A stretch of DNA of 64,000 nucleotides from positions 32,001-96,000 of the IMG/VR virus record IMGVR_UViG_3300025413_001393; one strand, written 5' to 3'. This DNA is from a virus. The translations under genes and the position numbers were made by a program. Position 1 is the stretch's first letter; the number at the start of each line of letters is the position of its first letter. Under the pieces are notes generated by a model. It saw only the letters and a program-made list of their open reading frames with translations, was not told the origin of the DNA and searched no databases. Positions 56,570 to 64,000 of this stretch are shown in pieces.

Positions 56570-57010
56570 TTAAGGTTTTTGATATATTGCAGAGTTGTTT
56601 TCATGTTCAAATACTTCTACTTTTTCTACCCAGCAGCGGTCTCCGTACTTTTCACTAATAAGCTTTTGAGCAGCATTGAAGCACCACTCAGCAGTCTTCT
56701 CAATTCCGACTGACTCCATAATACGAAGCTGGCAGCCACGCTGATTATTAAGTTCTTGCCAAAAAGGAAGAAGAGGATCGTCTTGTGCTACACAAAGCTT
56801 ATGATCAAACTGATCGTTAAGAATTGCTTTGAGCTCTTTAAGCCCAGCAAAATCTACTACCCAGTTCTTTTCATCAAGACTTGAAGCTCCAAAATAGAAC
56901 TTAGCAAGAAGTTGATATCCGTGAATATATTGACAATGACTATGTGTAGCTTTCCATTGACGGAATGCACACGACCCTAGTTCTAATACTTTAGTTGATT
57001 GATAGCTCAT
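56570..57010 (-). CDS. queD: 6-carboxy-5,6,7,8-tetrahydropterin synthase
   Basis: HCQYIHGY, WVVDF, FDH, E..A, V.VFE...N.A. Confidence 0.92.
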   Translation of the reverse strand: MSYQSTKVLELGSCAFRQWKATHSHCQYIHGYQLLAKFYFGASSLDEKNWVVDFAGLKELKAILNDQFDHKLCVAQDDPLLPFWQELNNQRGCQLRIMESVGIEKTAEWCFNAAQKLISEKYGDRCWVEKVEVFEHENNSAIYQKP

Positions 57011-57279
57011 ACGTTTTCAAATGTTGTTACGTTAATATTATCCTTGAAAGACTCTAGTATGTCAACAGACCACACGTCTTCGTAATTTTCTTCTTTAATA
57101 AATTCAATATTTTCAAGCTTAATATCTGGCTTGTGCTGTTTTAGAGTCTTAGCTAAGTTTTTCAAACTTTCTGAAAATACTGGATCGGAATTTCGATATA
57201 CTACGTTAACCGAGCTAGCAAATAAAAGAGCAGAAATAATTTTTCCTAACTCATCTTCTGTTAAATGTATTGGATTCAT
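57007..57279 (-). CDS. Hypothetical protein
   Basis: 90-aa ORF coupled to queD. Confidence 0.7.
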   Translation of the reverse strand: MNPIHLTEDELGKIISALLFASSVNVVYRNSDPVFSESLKNLAKTLKQHKPDIKLENIEFIKEENYEDVWSVDILESFKDNINVTTFENV

Positions 57280-57309
57280 GCAGGAATCTTCCTACACATC
57301 TGGACAAGG

Positions 57310-57927
57310 TCAAGCTTTTATTAACTTCTTTACATCGTCAAACGACAGACCATCATTTGCAGCCTCATCAAATACATTGTACATTTCATTTACAAGTTCG
57401 TTCATACGCTCTTTATACTGTAAAAGCTTTTTGTATTTGTTAATGTCTTCGAGATGCAAAGTTTCGTTTTCTAACAACGAATTTGCTTCCATTAAGTCTA
57501 TTTTTGAACCGAGATACTTCTTCAGACGAATGATAGTTTTAATCATTGGAGAATAAGCGGCTAATTCAGCTTCAGACAGAGGAGCTTTTAATTTGTTTCC
57601 GTTCTCATCTATAATGCCTAGTTTGTAAGCTTGTAGATCTTTGAACTCCTTTTTAAGTTCATTGATAAAAATTTCGTTTTCGAGAAAGCCTTGCACCGAT
57701 TCTTTAAACATACTATTGTAATTTATACCGTGAATGTGCAAATCGCTTGTTGGATTGACATGACAGCCTTTTCCATAATTTGTTGATCCACAATAAGCAC
57801 ATTTTTTAGGATCATCAGGAAAATAGTGAACCCCATAAGGTGCATATCTGCATCCTTTTCCGCGTGTCGTTGAACCACAATAAATACAACGACTCTGCTG
57901 AGGTTTTGGCTGATTAGTGGGTTGCAT
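57310..57927 (-). CDS. Hypothetical protein with two CxxC-x7-C-H repeats (probable start 57927)
   Basis: CIYCGSTTRGKGC...H and CAYCGSTNYGKGC...H; C-terminal AYKLGIIDENG. Confidence 0.7.
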   Translation of the reverse strand: MQPTNQPKPQQSRCIYCGSTTRGKGCRYAPYGVHYFPDDPKKCAYCGSTNYGKGCHVNPTSDLHIHGINYNSMFKESVQGFLENEIFINELKKEFKDLQAYKLGIIDENGNKLKAPLSEAELAAYSPMIKTIIRLKKYLGSKIDLMEANSLLENETLHLEDINKYKKLLQYKERMNELVNEMYNVFDEAANDGLSFDDVKKLIKA

Positions 57928-58264
57928 TTTCTGCTGCGTTATTATAATTTTGCTGCTGCGTTTGTTGACTGTTATGAGTATCAATCTTCTTCAGTACGTC
58001 AGCAAGACCTTGAGGGTTTTTATCAGCAAGATCGTGTAAAGTTTGTAAAACGTCTTCAGGTTTTAGCTGAGCAGTTTGTTGATTAGCCTGAGTTGGTGTA
58101 GGAGTAGGCTGCGGTTGACCACTCGCTGAAGGAGTTGGTTTTTGAGGTGAGGCTGAACTTGTTTGAATTTGATTGCTACCTGTTCCGGTTGTCGCGTTAG
58201 TTGGATTGGAAGGTGTATTTTCGGCTAAGTATTCGTCGCAAAGTTCATCAAAGGTTTTCTTCAT
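57914..58264 (-). CDS. Low-complexity late protein
   Basis: TAAATA-N5-ATG; MKKTFDELCDEYLAE; P/T/Q-rich. Confidence 0.7.
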   Translation of the reverse strand: MKKTFDELCDEYLAENTPSNPTNATTGTGSNQIQTSSASPQKPTPSASGQPQPTPTPTQANQQTAQLKPEDVLQTLHDLADKNPQGLADVLKKIDTHNSQQTQQQNYNNAAENATH

Positions 58265-58317
58265 GCGTATATTTAAGGATTTTACTGAAAAATCTCCACA
58301 AAACGATAATTACTCTA

Positions 58318-59835
58318 ATGATAGATTTAACAAAGATTGTTTCCGAAGAACTTATTAGTGAATTTGGACATATTGGAAACGACTCTAATGATATGGGCGG
58401 AAGTGTGCATGCTTTGTCGTTTGCAGCCAATTCTCCGCATGTTAAAACTACAGCTAGTGTTGCTGGAATGGTTCATAAAGCAGGTCGCAAAGCTTCGAAA
58501 CTTAAAAAGAAGAAGCTCAAGCAAAGACATCTTAAAGAATCTAATTATTTTAACGATTTGGTATCAGAAGAAATAACAGGCACCGGATCTACTGCAAAAG
58601 GAAGCTTTATTGACTTTTATACTGATCCAAATCAACTTAAACTCATAAAAAACAAGTTTAAAACGGTCTTTGGTATAAATTCGTGGCCAAATCCTAATCC
58701 TCTTTTAGCTGAAGTCGACGATCTCAAAGTAAGACAAAACCAAAAAAAGTTTAATGAACATAAAAACGAATTACCTGTAATCGATTTTTGCTTTTATGTA
58801 ATTGAAAATTTATTTTCAAATAGTGCTTCTGAAATTTATAAAACATCAACGCTTGTTACTAAACAAGATATAGATAATATTGAAAAAAAATATTTAGATT
58901 TGTTTGATGCGGAAAATACAAATTTGACATCGGTTTCCGATCCTTCAAATTTTATTGCGGTTAGTATAAAAGGAAGATTTTATCAAGGTCAAGGTACAGG
59001 CGATATAAATTTGGGCAAAAAATTTATTGACGAATCTAAAGCTCTATCAATTATTCAAGTAATCAAAGAATGTCTAAAAAAGCACGTTAGACCAGATAAA
59101 AATGCAAGCGAAAAAAACTATAATAACGTTTTAGGATTAGTTTATAATGCCAATAAAAACAGTAACATACCCGCTGACGTAGAAGCCTATTTTCAAGCTC
59201 TTGATGGAAAAAGTTTACTGCAAATTGGTATTGCTGCAAAACAATATTACGATTACGAAGTTGGCCGTTTAGGTTATAAGATTAAAGACCCAAATGCAGC
59301 ATTTATAGCATTTTTAAATAATAATCCGATAGCAACAATACCCAACACAGACACAAAAACATTTCAATGGAGTAAATTTGTTGTTCTACCTAAAGCTGCT
59401 ACACCACCACCAGCAGCTCCTGAAGTAGTTACTAGCTCGTATCGATTTGACGATGTTTATCAAAGAGCTTTGTTAGGCGAAAGTCCTGATAACAGAACAC
59501 CTGAAGATGTCAATGCAAGAAAAGTACAAACACGAGTAGCAACTTCAAACGCTGCTAGCAAAAGTAGTGGTTTCAATGCGTTTTCGAAAACAGCTACCCC
59601 CACTAACGAAACGAGTATGCCACCAGAAAACGGCTATACCATTGGCAATTTAATAACAGATGCTACAGAAAATAAAGTTCCTTCAGCAAAAACGTTGTAC
59701 GATATGCTTATAAGACTTGCTGGTTACGTTAAAACTAATCAAAAAGGAGATTGGAAAGAAGTAGCAGGAGGACTAGGTCAGGTTGCACAAGGTATATCTT
59801 CTATGGGACCTAAATCTAGCGGACCTTTAATTTAA
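58318..59835 (+). CDS. Large hypothetical late protein (probable start MIDL at 58318)
   Basis: Divergent from 58264; repeated F-x-D-(L/V)...E segments. Confidence 0.75.
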   Translation: MIDLTKIVSEELISEFGHIGNDSNDMGGSVHALSFAANSPHVKTTASVAGMVHKAGRKASKLKKKKLKQRHLKESNYFNDLVSEEITGTGSTAKGSFIDFYTDPNQLKLIKNKFKTVFGINSWPNPNPLLAEVDDLKVRQNQKKFNEHKNELPVIDFCFYVIENLFSNSASEIYKTSTLVTKQDIDNIEKKYLDLFDAENTNLTSVSDPSNFIAVSIKGRFYQGQGTGDINLGKKFIDESKALSIIQVIKECLKKHVRPDKNASEKNYNNVLGLVYNANKNSNIPADVEAYFQALDGKSLLQIGIAAKQYYDYEVGRLGYKIKDPNAAFIAFLNNNPIATIPNTDTKTFQWSKFVVLPKAATPPPAAPEVVTSSYRFDDVYQRALLGESPDNRTPEDVNARKVQTRVATSNAASKSSGFNAFSKTATPTNETSMPPENGYTIGNLITDATENKVPSAKTLYDMLIRLAGYVKTNQKGDWKEVAGGLGQVAQGISSMGPKSSGPLI

Positions 59836-60820
59836 GAAGCTTTTGCTTTAATAAAGCCTCTTGACCCACAGCAGAATTCTTTACTACGAACTGCCAAGGT
59901 ATTTCGTCAATTTCTAAACTGCAGCAGATTTCGTTGAAGTCTTTAAACTTGCTGAATTCTTTAGGCCAGATAAATATACGTTTGTTCTGCTTGATGTGTT
60001 TCTCAATACGTTTAGCAGTCTGCTCATTATTCTTATCGTTGTCAAAGACATAAATCTTTTCATAACCAATAAGATTATTAAGAGTAGTTTCTTGCTTTTC
60101 AGTAGGAGACAAAGAAGCAACAGCAACTCCGTTTTTAACAAACATCGAATCAATAGGCCCTTCAAATATAAACACATGAGGAATCTCAGACGTCACGTTT
60201 GCAATATTAAAAATTTCTTTCTCACCAAACTTTGTGAGATACCTTGGCATTTCTTTTTCTGATAATGATCTCGTTTGATAACATACTACCTTTTTGTTAG
60301 TATCAAAAAACGGAATAATAAGCCTGTTCTTATGAACTTTATCTTCTAAAGATATATAGAACTTTTTACAACTATTAACTGCAGTAAGAAGCCTTCTACT
60401 TCTAATGCATTTTTGAGCTAGCATTACATAGTCGTCATCAAAGAAGTATTTGACTTGGTTATCATCTGTTAGATCAATTGAATTCTCAGGAAGATCTGGA
60501 AGCTCTAAAGGCTTTACTGGTTCCTGAGGAAGTTTAAAAGGTGTTCCTTCTCCCTTTTCATTATTTCTTTTAATGATCTCTGGCATTGTGAGACCAGTAA
60601 CTTCTTTAACCCATTCAAGCAATCTCCAAGACTTACAACAATTGTGGCAATAGAAGTATTCCTTGTTTGGAAAGTAGAATAAACGCCTCGAACGACCTGC
60701 TGACTTGCCTTCCTTGCAAACAGGGCACTCAGCGTTAAAAGTATTCTGATACTTTTTGTGTATAGGTCTCTTGCAGTGAGTATAAAAGAGCTCTATTAAA
60801 AATTCTTGATTTAATTCCAC
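59816..60820 (-). CDS. gp61: DNA primase
   Basis: CPVC...CHNC zinc finger, LIIPFF, FEGPIDSMF, FDND, KDFNE. Confidence 0.95.
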   Translation of the reverse strand: MELNQEFLIELFYTHCKRPIHKKYQNTFNAECPVCKEGKSAGRSRRLFYFPNKEYFYCHNCCKSWRLLEWVKEVTGLTMPEIIKRNNEKGEGTPFKLPQEPVKPLELPDLPENSIDLTDDNQVKYFFDDDYVMLAQKCIRSRRLLTAVNSCKKFYISLEDKVHKNRLIIPFFDTNKKVVCYQTRSLSEKEMPRYLTKFGEKEIFNIANVTSEIPHVFIFEGPIDSMFVKNGVAVASLSPTEKQETTLNNLIGYEKIYVFDNDKNNEQTAKRIEKHIKQNKRIFIWPKEFSKFKDFNEICCSLEIDEIPWQFVVKNSAVGQEALLKQKLLKLKVR

Positions 60821-60856
60821 AGTATAATTTTACTGCAGGTATTAATAAAATCAATA

Positions 60857-61282
60857 CTAGACTTTCGGAGCCCCACCAGCAGCTGACTTCAAGTTATAAT
60901 CAATAAGAACTTGAACAAGATCTCCAAGACCACCAGTTACACGAACGATTGTTGTGGCTGTCTTGCCAGAAATATCAGCATAAGGAGTTCCTGGAACGTC
61001 GAGCTTTTTACAAAGACTGTTTAAACACTCTCCAGAATCGTTGTTAAGACTTTCAGAAAACTCTACAATCTTATTAATGTACTCACTAAGTGTACCAGCG
61101 GAATTACCACCAGTAGGAGTTGGAGCAACGTCTGTGTTTTCACCCTCTGCAGGAACTGAAGGAGGTGTAGGAAGTGGAAGAGGCTCTACATCATCCATAT
61201 CTTCTGGAGATGCAATATTGTTGCGTACTTCTTCGTCCTTTTCAATAACGAATACCTGATTGTAAAAATCTTCAAACTTCAT
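60857..61282 (-). CDS. Hypothetical late protein
   Basis: TAAATA-N6-ATG; MKFEDFYNQVFVIE. Confidence 0.7.
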   Translation of the reverse strand: MKFEDFYNQVFVIEKDEEVRNNIASPEDMDDVEPLPLPTPPSVPAEGENTDVAPTPTGGNSAGTLSEYINKIVEFSESLNNDSGECLNSLCKKLDVPGTPYADISGKTATTIVRVTGGLGDLVQVLIDYNLKSAAGGAPKV

Positions 61283-61311
61283 ATCTATTATTTATGCTAT
61301 TACGTTAACTT

Positions 61312-62109
61312 TTACAGGTCTATGTCCTTCAAAGCAGTCATAATTTTATACTTTTCAAACATTAGCTTAATTTTTGGCTGTATATCTTCGAGTTCAAACA
61401 GTTGATAGTTATTGTTAATAACATTAAACCAAATAATTTTTGTTTTGCTAATCTTTATATTAGTATATTTCTCAATAAAATATTTGTATGTGTTAAGCTG
61501 AATCGTATACTCGTTAATAGAACCTTCAGACATATCCTCAAACGGTTCAAGTAAGTTTCCCCAGCGACTATGTTCAATCTTTTTGTTGGTCTTGAAATCC
61601 CAAATTTCAATTGTTTGGTCTTCTTCTTTTTGAACAAGCATGTCTAGCATTCCACATACTTTAGTGTCTTCTATATCTCCAACAATAAATTCGTTTCTTA
61701 GAGGAGTATAGTGTGAATGATCGCTGTAAAAATTTTGAAAAAACTCAACTAGTTTTGGTAAATTTTCTCTGATCTTTTGCTTTTCTGCAAAGCCTAACTC
61801 GTCAGTACTACCTTCAAAAGGAGCATCGTTTTTGCAATAATAATTTTCAATATATTTGTGAAGCATTGTTCCAAGAGTTGTGGAATACAAATTATTCATT
61901 TTCCATTCAGCTTTTACAGTTTCAACTGTAACACCTCTACGCTTTGCAACTCTTGCTGCAGCATCTTCGACCTGAAACTGCTTTTTAAATAGCTTTAGAA
62001 GTCGAGTAACAGACGGACTTTTAGAATGTTCTCCGTCGATTTGATAACTATGATTTTTTTCTGTAAATTTGATTTTATCAAAGACAGAAAGTTCTTTATC
62101 TAAATTCAT
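61312..62109 (-). CDS. PD-(D/E)xK exonuclease (RecB/Cas4-like fold)
   Basis: SVT.LL, GT.LH..IE, GMLDML, WDFKT, QLN.Y. Confidence 0.85.
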   Translation of the reverse strand: MNLDKELSVFDKIKFTEKNHSYQIDGEHSKSPSVTRLLKLFKKQFQVEDAAARVAKRRGVTVETVKAEWKMNNLYSTTLGTMLHKYIENYYCKNDAPFEGSTDELGFAEKQKIRENLPKLVEFFQNFYSDHSHYTPLRNEFIVGDIEDTKVCGMLDMLVQKEEDQTIEIWDFKTNKKIEHSRWGNLLEPFEDMSEGSINEYTIQLNTYKYFIEKYTNIKISKTKIIWFNVINNNYQLFELEDIQPKIKLMFEKYKIMTALKDIDL

Positions 62110-62321
62110 TTTAACGTCGTAACTCTTTCTATTGCAAACAAGCCGTTATTTGTACCCATTTCTCTGAGAACACCAGAATGTTTTACTCCATCAATTTTCC
62201 ACATTATCCTATCTCCATCTTCATAGTCTATTGACAACTTTATAGAGTTTTCATCTGTGTAATTCTCTGTATCGAAATAATAACGATCCCCTTCCTTGTA
62301 AATATAATCTGCTAGATTCAT
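62106..62321 (-). CDS. Hypothetical protein
   Basis: 71-aa ORF coupled to the exonuclease. Confidence 0.65.
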   Translation of the reverse strand: MNLADYIYKEGDRYYFDTENYTDENSIKLSIDYEDGDRIMWKIDGVKHSGVLREMGTNNGLFAIERVTTLK

Positions 62322-62323
62322 TG

Positions 62324-62767
62324 TTAAAACTTACTAAAATATTTAAAAAAATTGTTCACTAAATACTGCTTTTGTGTTTTTGGATACCCATACTTATATT
62401 TTCCCCATACTTTTGTGTCTACATATTTATACCAGAGTGTACGTGCTATTTTATCTATTCCGTTTTCAATGTTAAATTTTCTCAAAGCTGTAAGATTAGG
62501 TGTTGAAGGATTTGTATGATATGGTAACCATTTTCTATTTTTTACAGCTGTATGATGAGCAAGTTCGTGAAAAAACGTACAAAGCAAATCTTTTTTATCT
62601 TGTTTGGTGTCTATAAAAATATTTTTATTCTTACTATTATATGAGCCGCATACAAATTTTGCTTTGTTGTTAAACGCAACTCTATTTACTCCTAAACTTT
62701 TAGCAACAATACACACTTCTCTTCTTAATTGTTTTCTTGTCAATTTATTATTATTGAACAATTTCAT
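62324..62767 (-). CDS. Putative HExxH metallopeptidase-like protein
   Basis: G.Y......I.I...TFFHELAH...E...D. Confidence 0.65.
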   Translation of the reverse strand: MKLFNNNKLTRKQLRREVCIVAKSLGVNRVAFNNKAKFVCGSYNSKNKNIFIDTKQDKKDLLCTFFHELAHHTAVKNRKWLPYHTNPSTPNLTALRKFNIENGIDKIARTLWYKYVDTKVWGKYKYGYPKTQKQYLVNNFFKYFSKF

Positions 62768-62814
62768 TAGACGTCATTTATTAAAGTATACACAGTATTA
62801 AACTACAAACAACA

Positions 62815-63387
62815 TTAATGTACTAGATATATGTTTTCGTCTCCGTCTTTTTGGACAGAAACATTCTTATTAGTAGATCTTGCATACCTTTTAGCAAGTA
62901 GCAAATACAACGAATTTCTAGATTCATCATTTGCATCAGCAGAAAAACAAATATTATCTGAAGGTTTCAGTTTTTGATCCAAAGCAGAAATTACGGTTTG
63001 AATAATAAGTCTAGCATTTCTCGCAACTTTAGAAGCAATAGAAGCGGTTCTGCTTCCCCATTCATATGATTCGAAGCTAATCCAATAATATGGTTCCTTT
63101 TTGATAGCTTTTGGATATTTCTGCAAAAATCCCTCAAGTGGATTATCTCCCTTTGTAATATCTTGAAGAGTAATAGAATATAAATCGTGGGTTATAAAAT
63201 ATTCGTCCGGAGTACTAGATAAATCTGGATAGTTTTCTATAGCTTTATTTTCAAAGTTATACGAGAAGCCACCAACGAATGTTCCCGGAACGTTAGGAGA
63301 ACTTTGCCAATCAAAATCTATACCTTTTGCTAATGACTTACTTCCTGTAAAGGAAAACCTTTCTTCGAAATATTGTTTGAAACTCAC
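62815..63387 (-). CDS. Hypothetical late protein with capsid-targeting-like N-terminus (GTG start)
   Basis: TATAAATA at 63393-63400; MSFKQYFEE; C-terminal FSA...SR..LY..L.KR. Confidence 0.7.
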   Translation of the reverse strand: MSFKQYFEERFSFTGSKSLAKGIDFDWQSSPNVPGTFVGGFSYNFENKAIENYPDLSSTPDEYFITHDLYSITLQDITKGDNPLEGFLQKYPKAIKKEPYYWISFESYEWGSRTASIASKVARNARLIIQTVISALDQKLKPSDNICFSADANDESRNSLYLLLAKRYARSTNKNVSVQKDGDENIYLVH

Positions 63388-63407
63388 TAGCTTATTTATA
63401 CAAATGA

Positions 63408-63426
63408 GAGGGCCCCAATGGCCCTC
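63408..63426. terminator. GC-rich hairpin after DUF932 gene
   Basis: gagggcc-ccaat-ggccctc; weak T tract. Confidence 0.45.
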
Positions 63427-63441
63427 CCTGTATATGTACTC

Positions 63442-64000
63442 TTAGACTGAAATCTTACCCTTAGTTCCGTCCTTAATCAGAAGCTGCTTGAGAGCAGTAT
63501 CCAGATGATTGCCCTCATGGACCAGAGCTGTCTCTGCTCCCTTCCAGAGCAACTGGTTGACTCGAACGTTGTCTCCATAGCTGCGGATCGGACGATTGAA
63601 TCCCTCAATTCCTTGGATTAGGTTCTCCTGGACTCGGTTATACACCTGCCAAGCTGTATTACCAGCATCAGCATCTCGACGAACTCCAAGAAGCTTCTCG
63701 GTTGTACGACCAAGATCCTTGAAACGCTTAGGCATTTCTGGACGATAATTGAAGCGACCCTTAATTGCGTATTGAGCATAAGCAATCATTTCCTGCTCGT
63801 TCATCTCACGATTCTTGAACTCCTCGATCGTGTTCATAATCTTAGGGAATCGGCCAGAAATCTGTCCAACTTGGTCCATGATCTCCGTAAGACGATCGTT
63901 AGTGAAACGATGCTTAGTACGAATCGTCTCTGCAGGACCAGATGCAATGATCAGTCCATTAGAGCAGACAAAGCGGAAGAAACCAATTGCAAACATAAGA
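63442..64000 (-). CDS. DUF932-like protein, C-terminal part (frame runs off window)
   Basis: GFFRFVCSNGLI; W..YNRVQEN. Confidence 0.75.
   Translation of the reverse strand, partial: LMFAIGFFRFVCSNGLIIASGPAETIRTKHRFTNDRLTEIMDQVGQISGRFPKIMNTIEEFKNREMNEQEMIAYAQYAIKGRFNYRPEMPKRFKDLGRTTEKLLGVRRDADAGNTAWQVYNRVQENLIQGIEGFNRPIRSYGDNVRVNQLLWKGAETALVHEGNHLDTALKQLLIKDGTKGKISV

Noticed and set aside
58201-58317. N-terminal 39 aa of the 544-aa track ORF
   Set aside because: It overlaps the divergent gene and its promoter; ATG at 58318 is more plausible.
61312-62109. Cas4 or a mini-CRISPR system
   Set aside because: No repeat-spacer array, no other cas genes and no Fe-S cysteines; this is a generic phage exonuclease.
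947-62801. Many short opposite-strand or nested ORFs in the track (e.g. 7562-8017, 12067-12381, 53687-54115, 55094-55465, 57131-57556)
   Set aside because: They lie within well-supported genes, lack motifs and promoters, and are expected by chance.
1-64000. Stop-codon reassignment (alternative genetic code)
   Set aside because: Core genes are full length in code 11, and TAA, TAG and TGA all end genes.
1-64000. tRNA or tmRNA genes
   Set aside because: No cloverleaf with T-loop GTTCRA and acceptor stem was found by eye; tRNAscan-SE or ARAGORN would be decisive.

Overview
This window is 64 kb of a large, AT-rich T4-like myophage genome that reads cleanly in the standard code; no tRNA or CRISPR array was seen. 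Morphogenesis genes include the gp23 C-terminus, gp15, a split gp5 hub/spike, gp19, gp18, gp3 and gp17. Replication, recombination and transcription genes include gp62, gp45, gp32, gp41, uvsX, gp43, gp46/47, gp55, uvsW, uvsY and gp61. Auxiliary genes include thyX, dCMP deaminase, phoH, groES, a ferritin-like protein and a DHH phosphoesterase. The main observations are: (1) a dispersed 7-deazaguanine DNA-modification pathway (folE2, queD, queE, a DpdL-like second T-fold protein and dpdA, with no queC in the window), where dpdA shares an operon with a kinase, a glycosyltransferase and a DUF366-like protein; (2) a 940-aa fusion of three unrelated nucleotidyltransferase folds separated by possible prohead-protease sites; (3) many late proteins with T4 internal-protein-like N-termini, suggesting injected cargo; (4) a promoter-driven, structured ~280-nt non-coding RNA candidate next to iteron-like repeats upstream of uvsY; (5) a homing endonuclease inserted in a P-loop gene, leaving a duplicated 5' stub; (6) a gp5 OB-fold interrupted by two putative wall hydrolases; (7) a glycosyltransferase island between gp46 and gp47; and (8) promoters placed 5-8 nt from start codons, implying leaderless mRNAs. 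All family assignments come from motif recognition by eye; no database searches were run.
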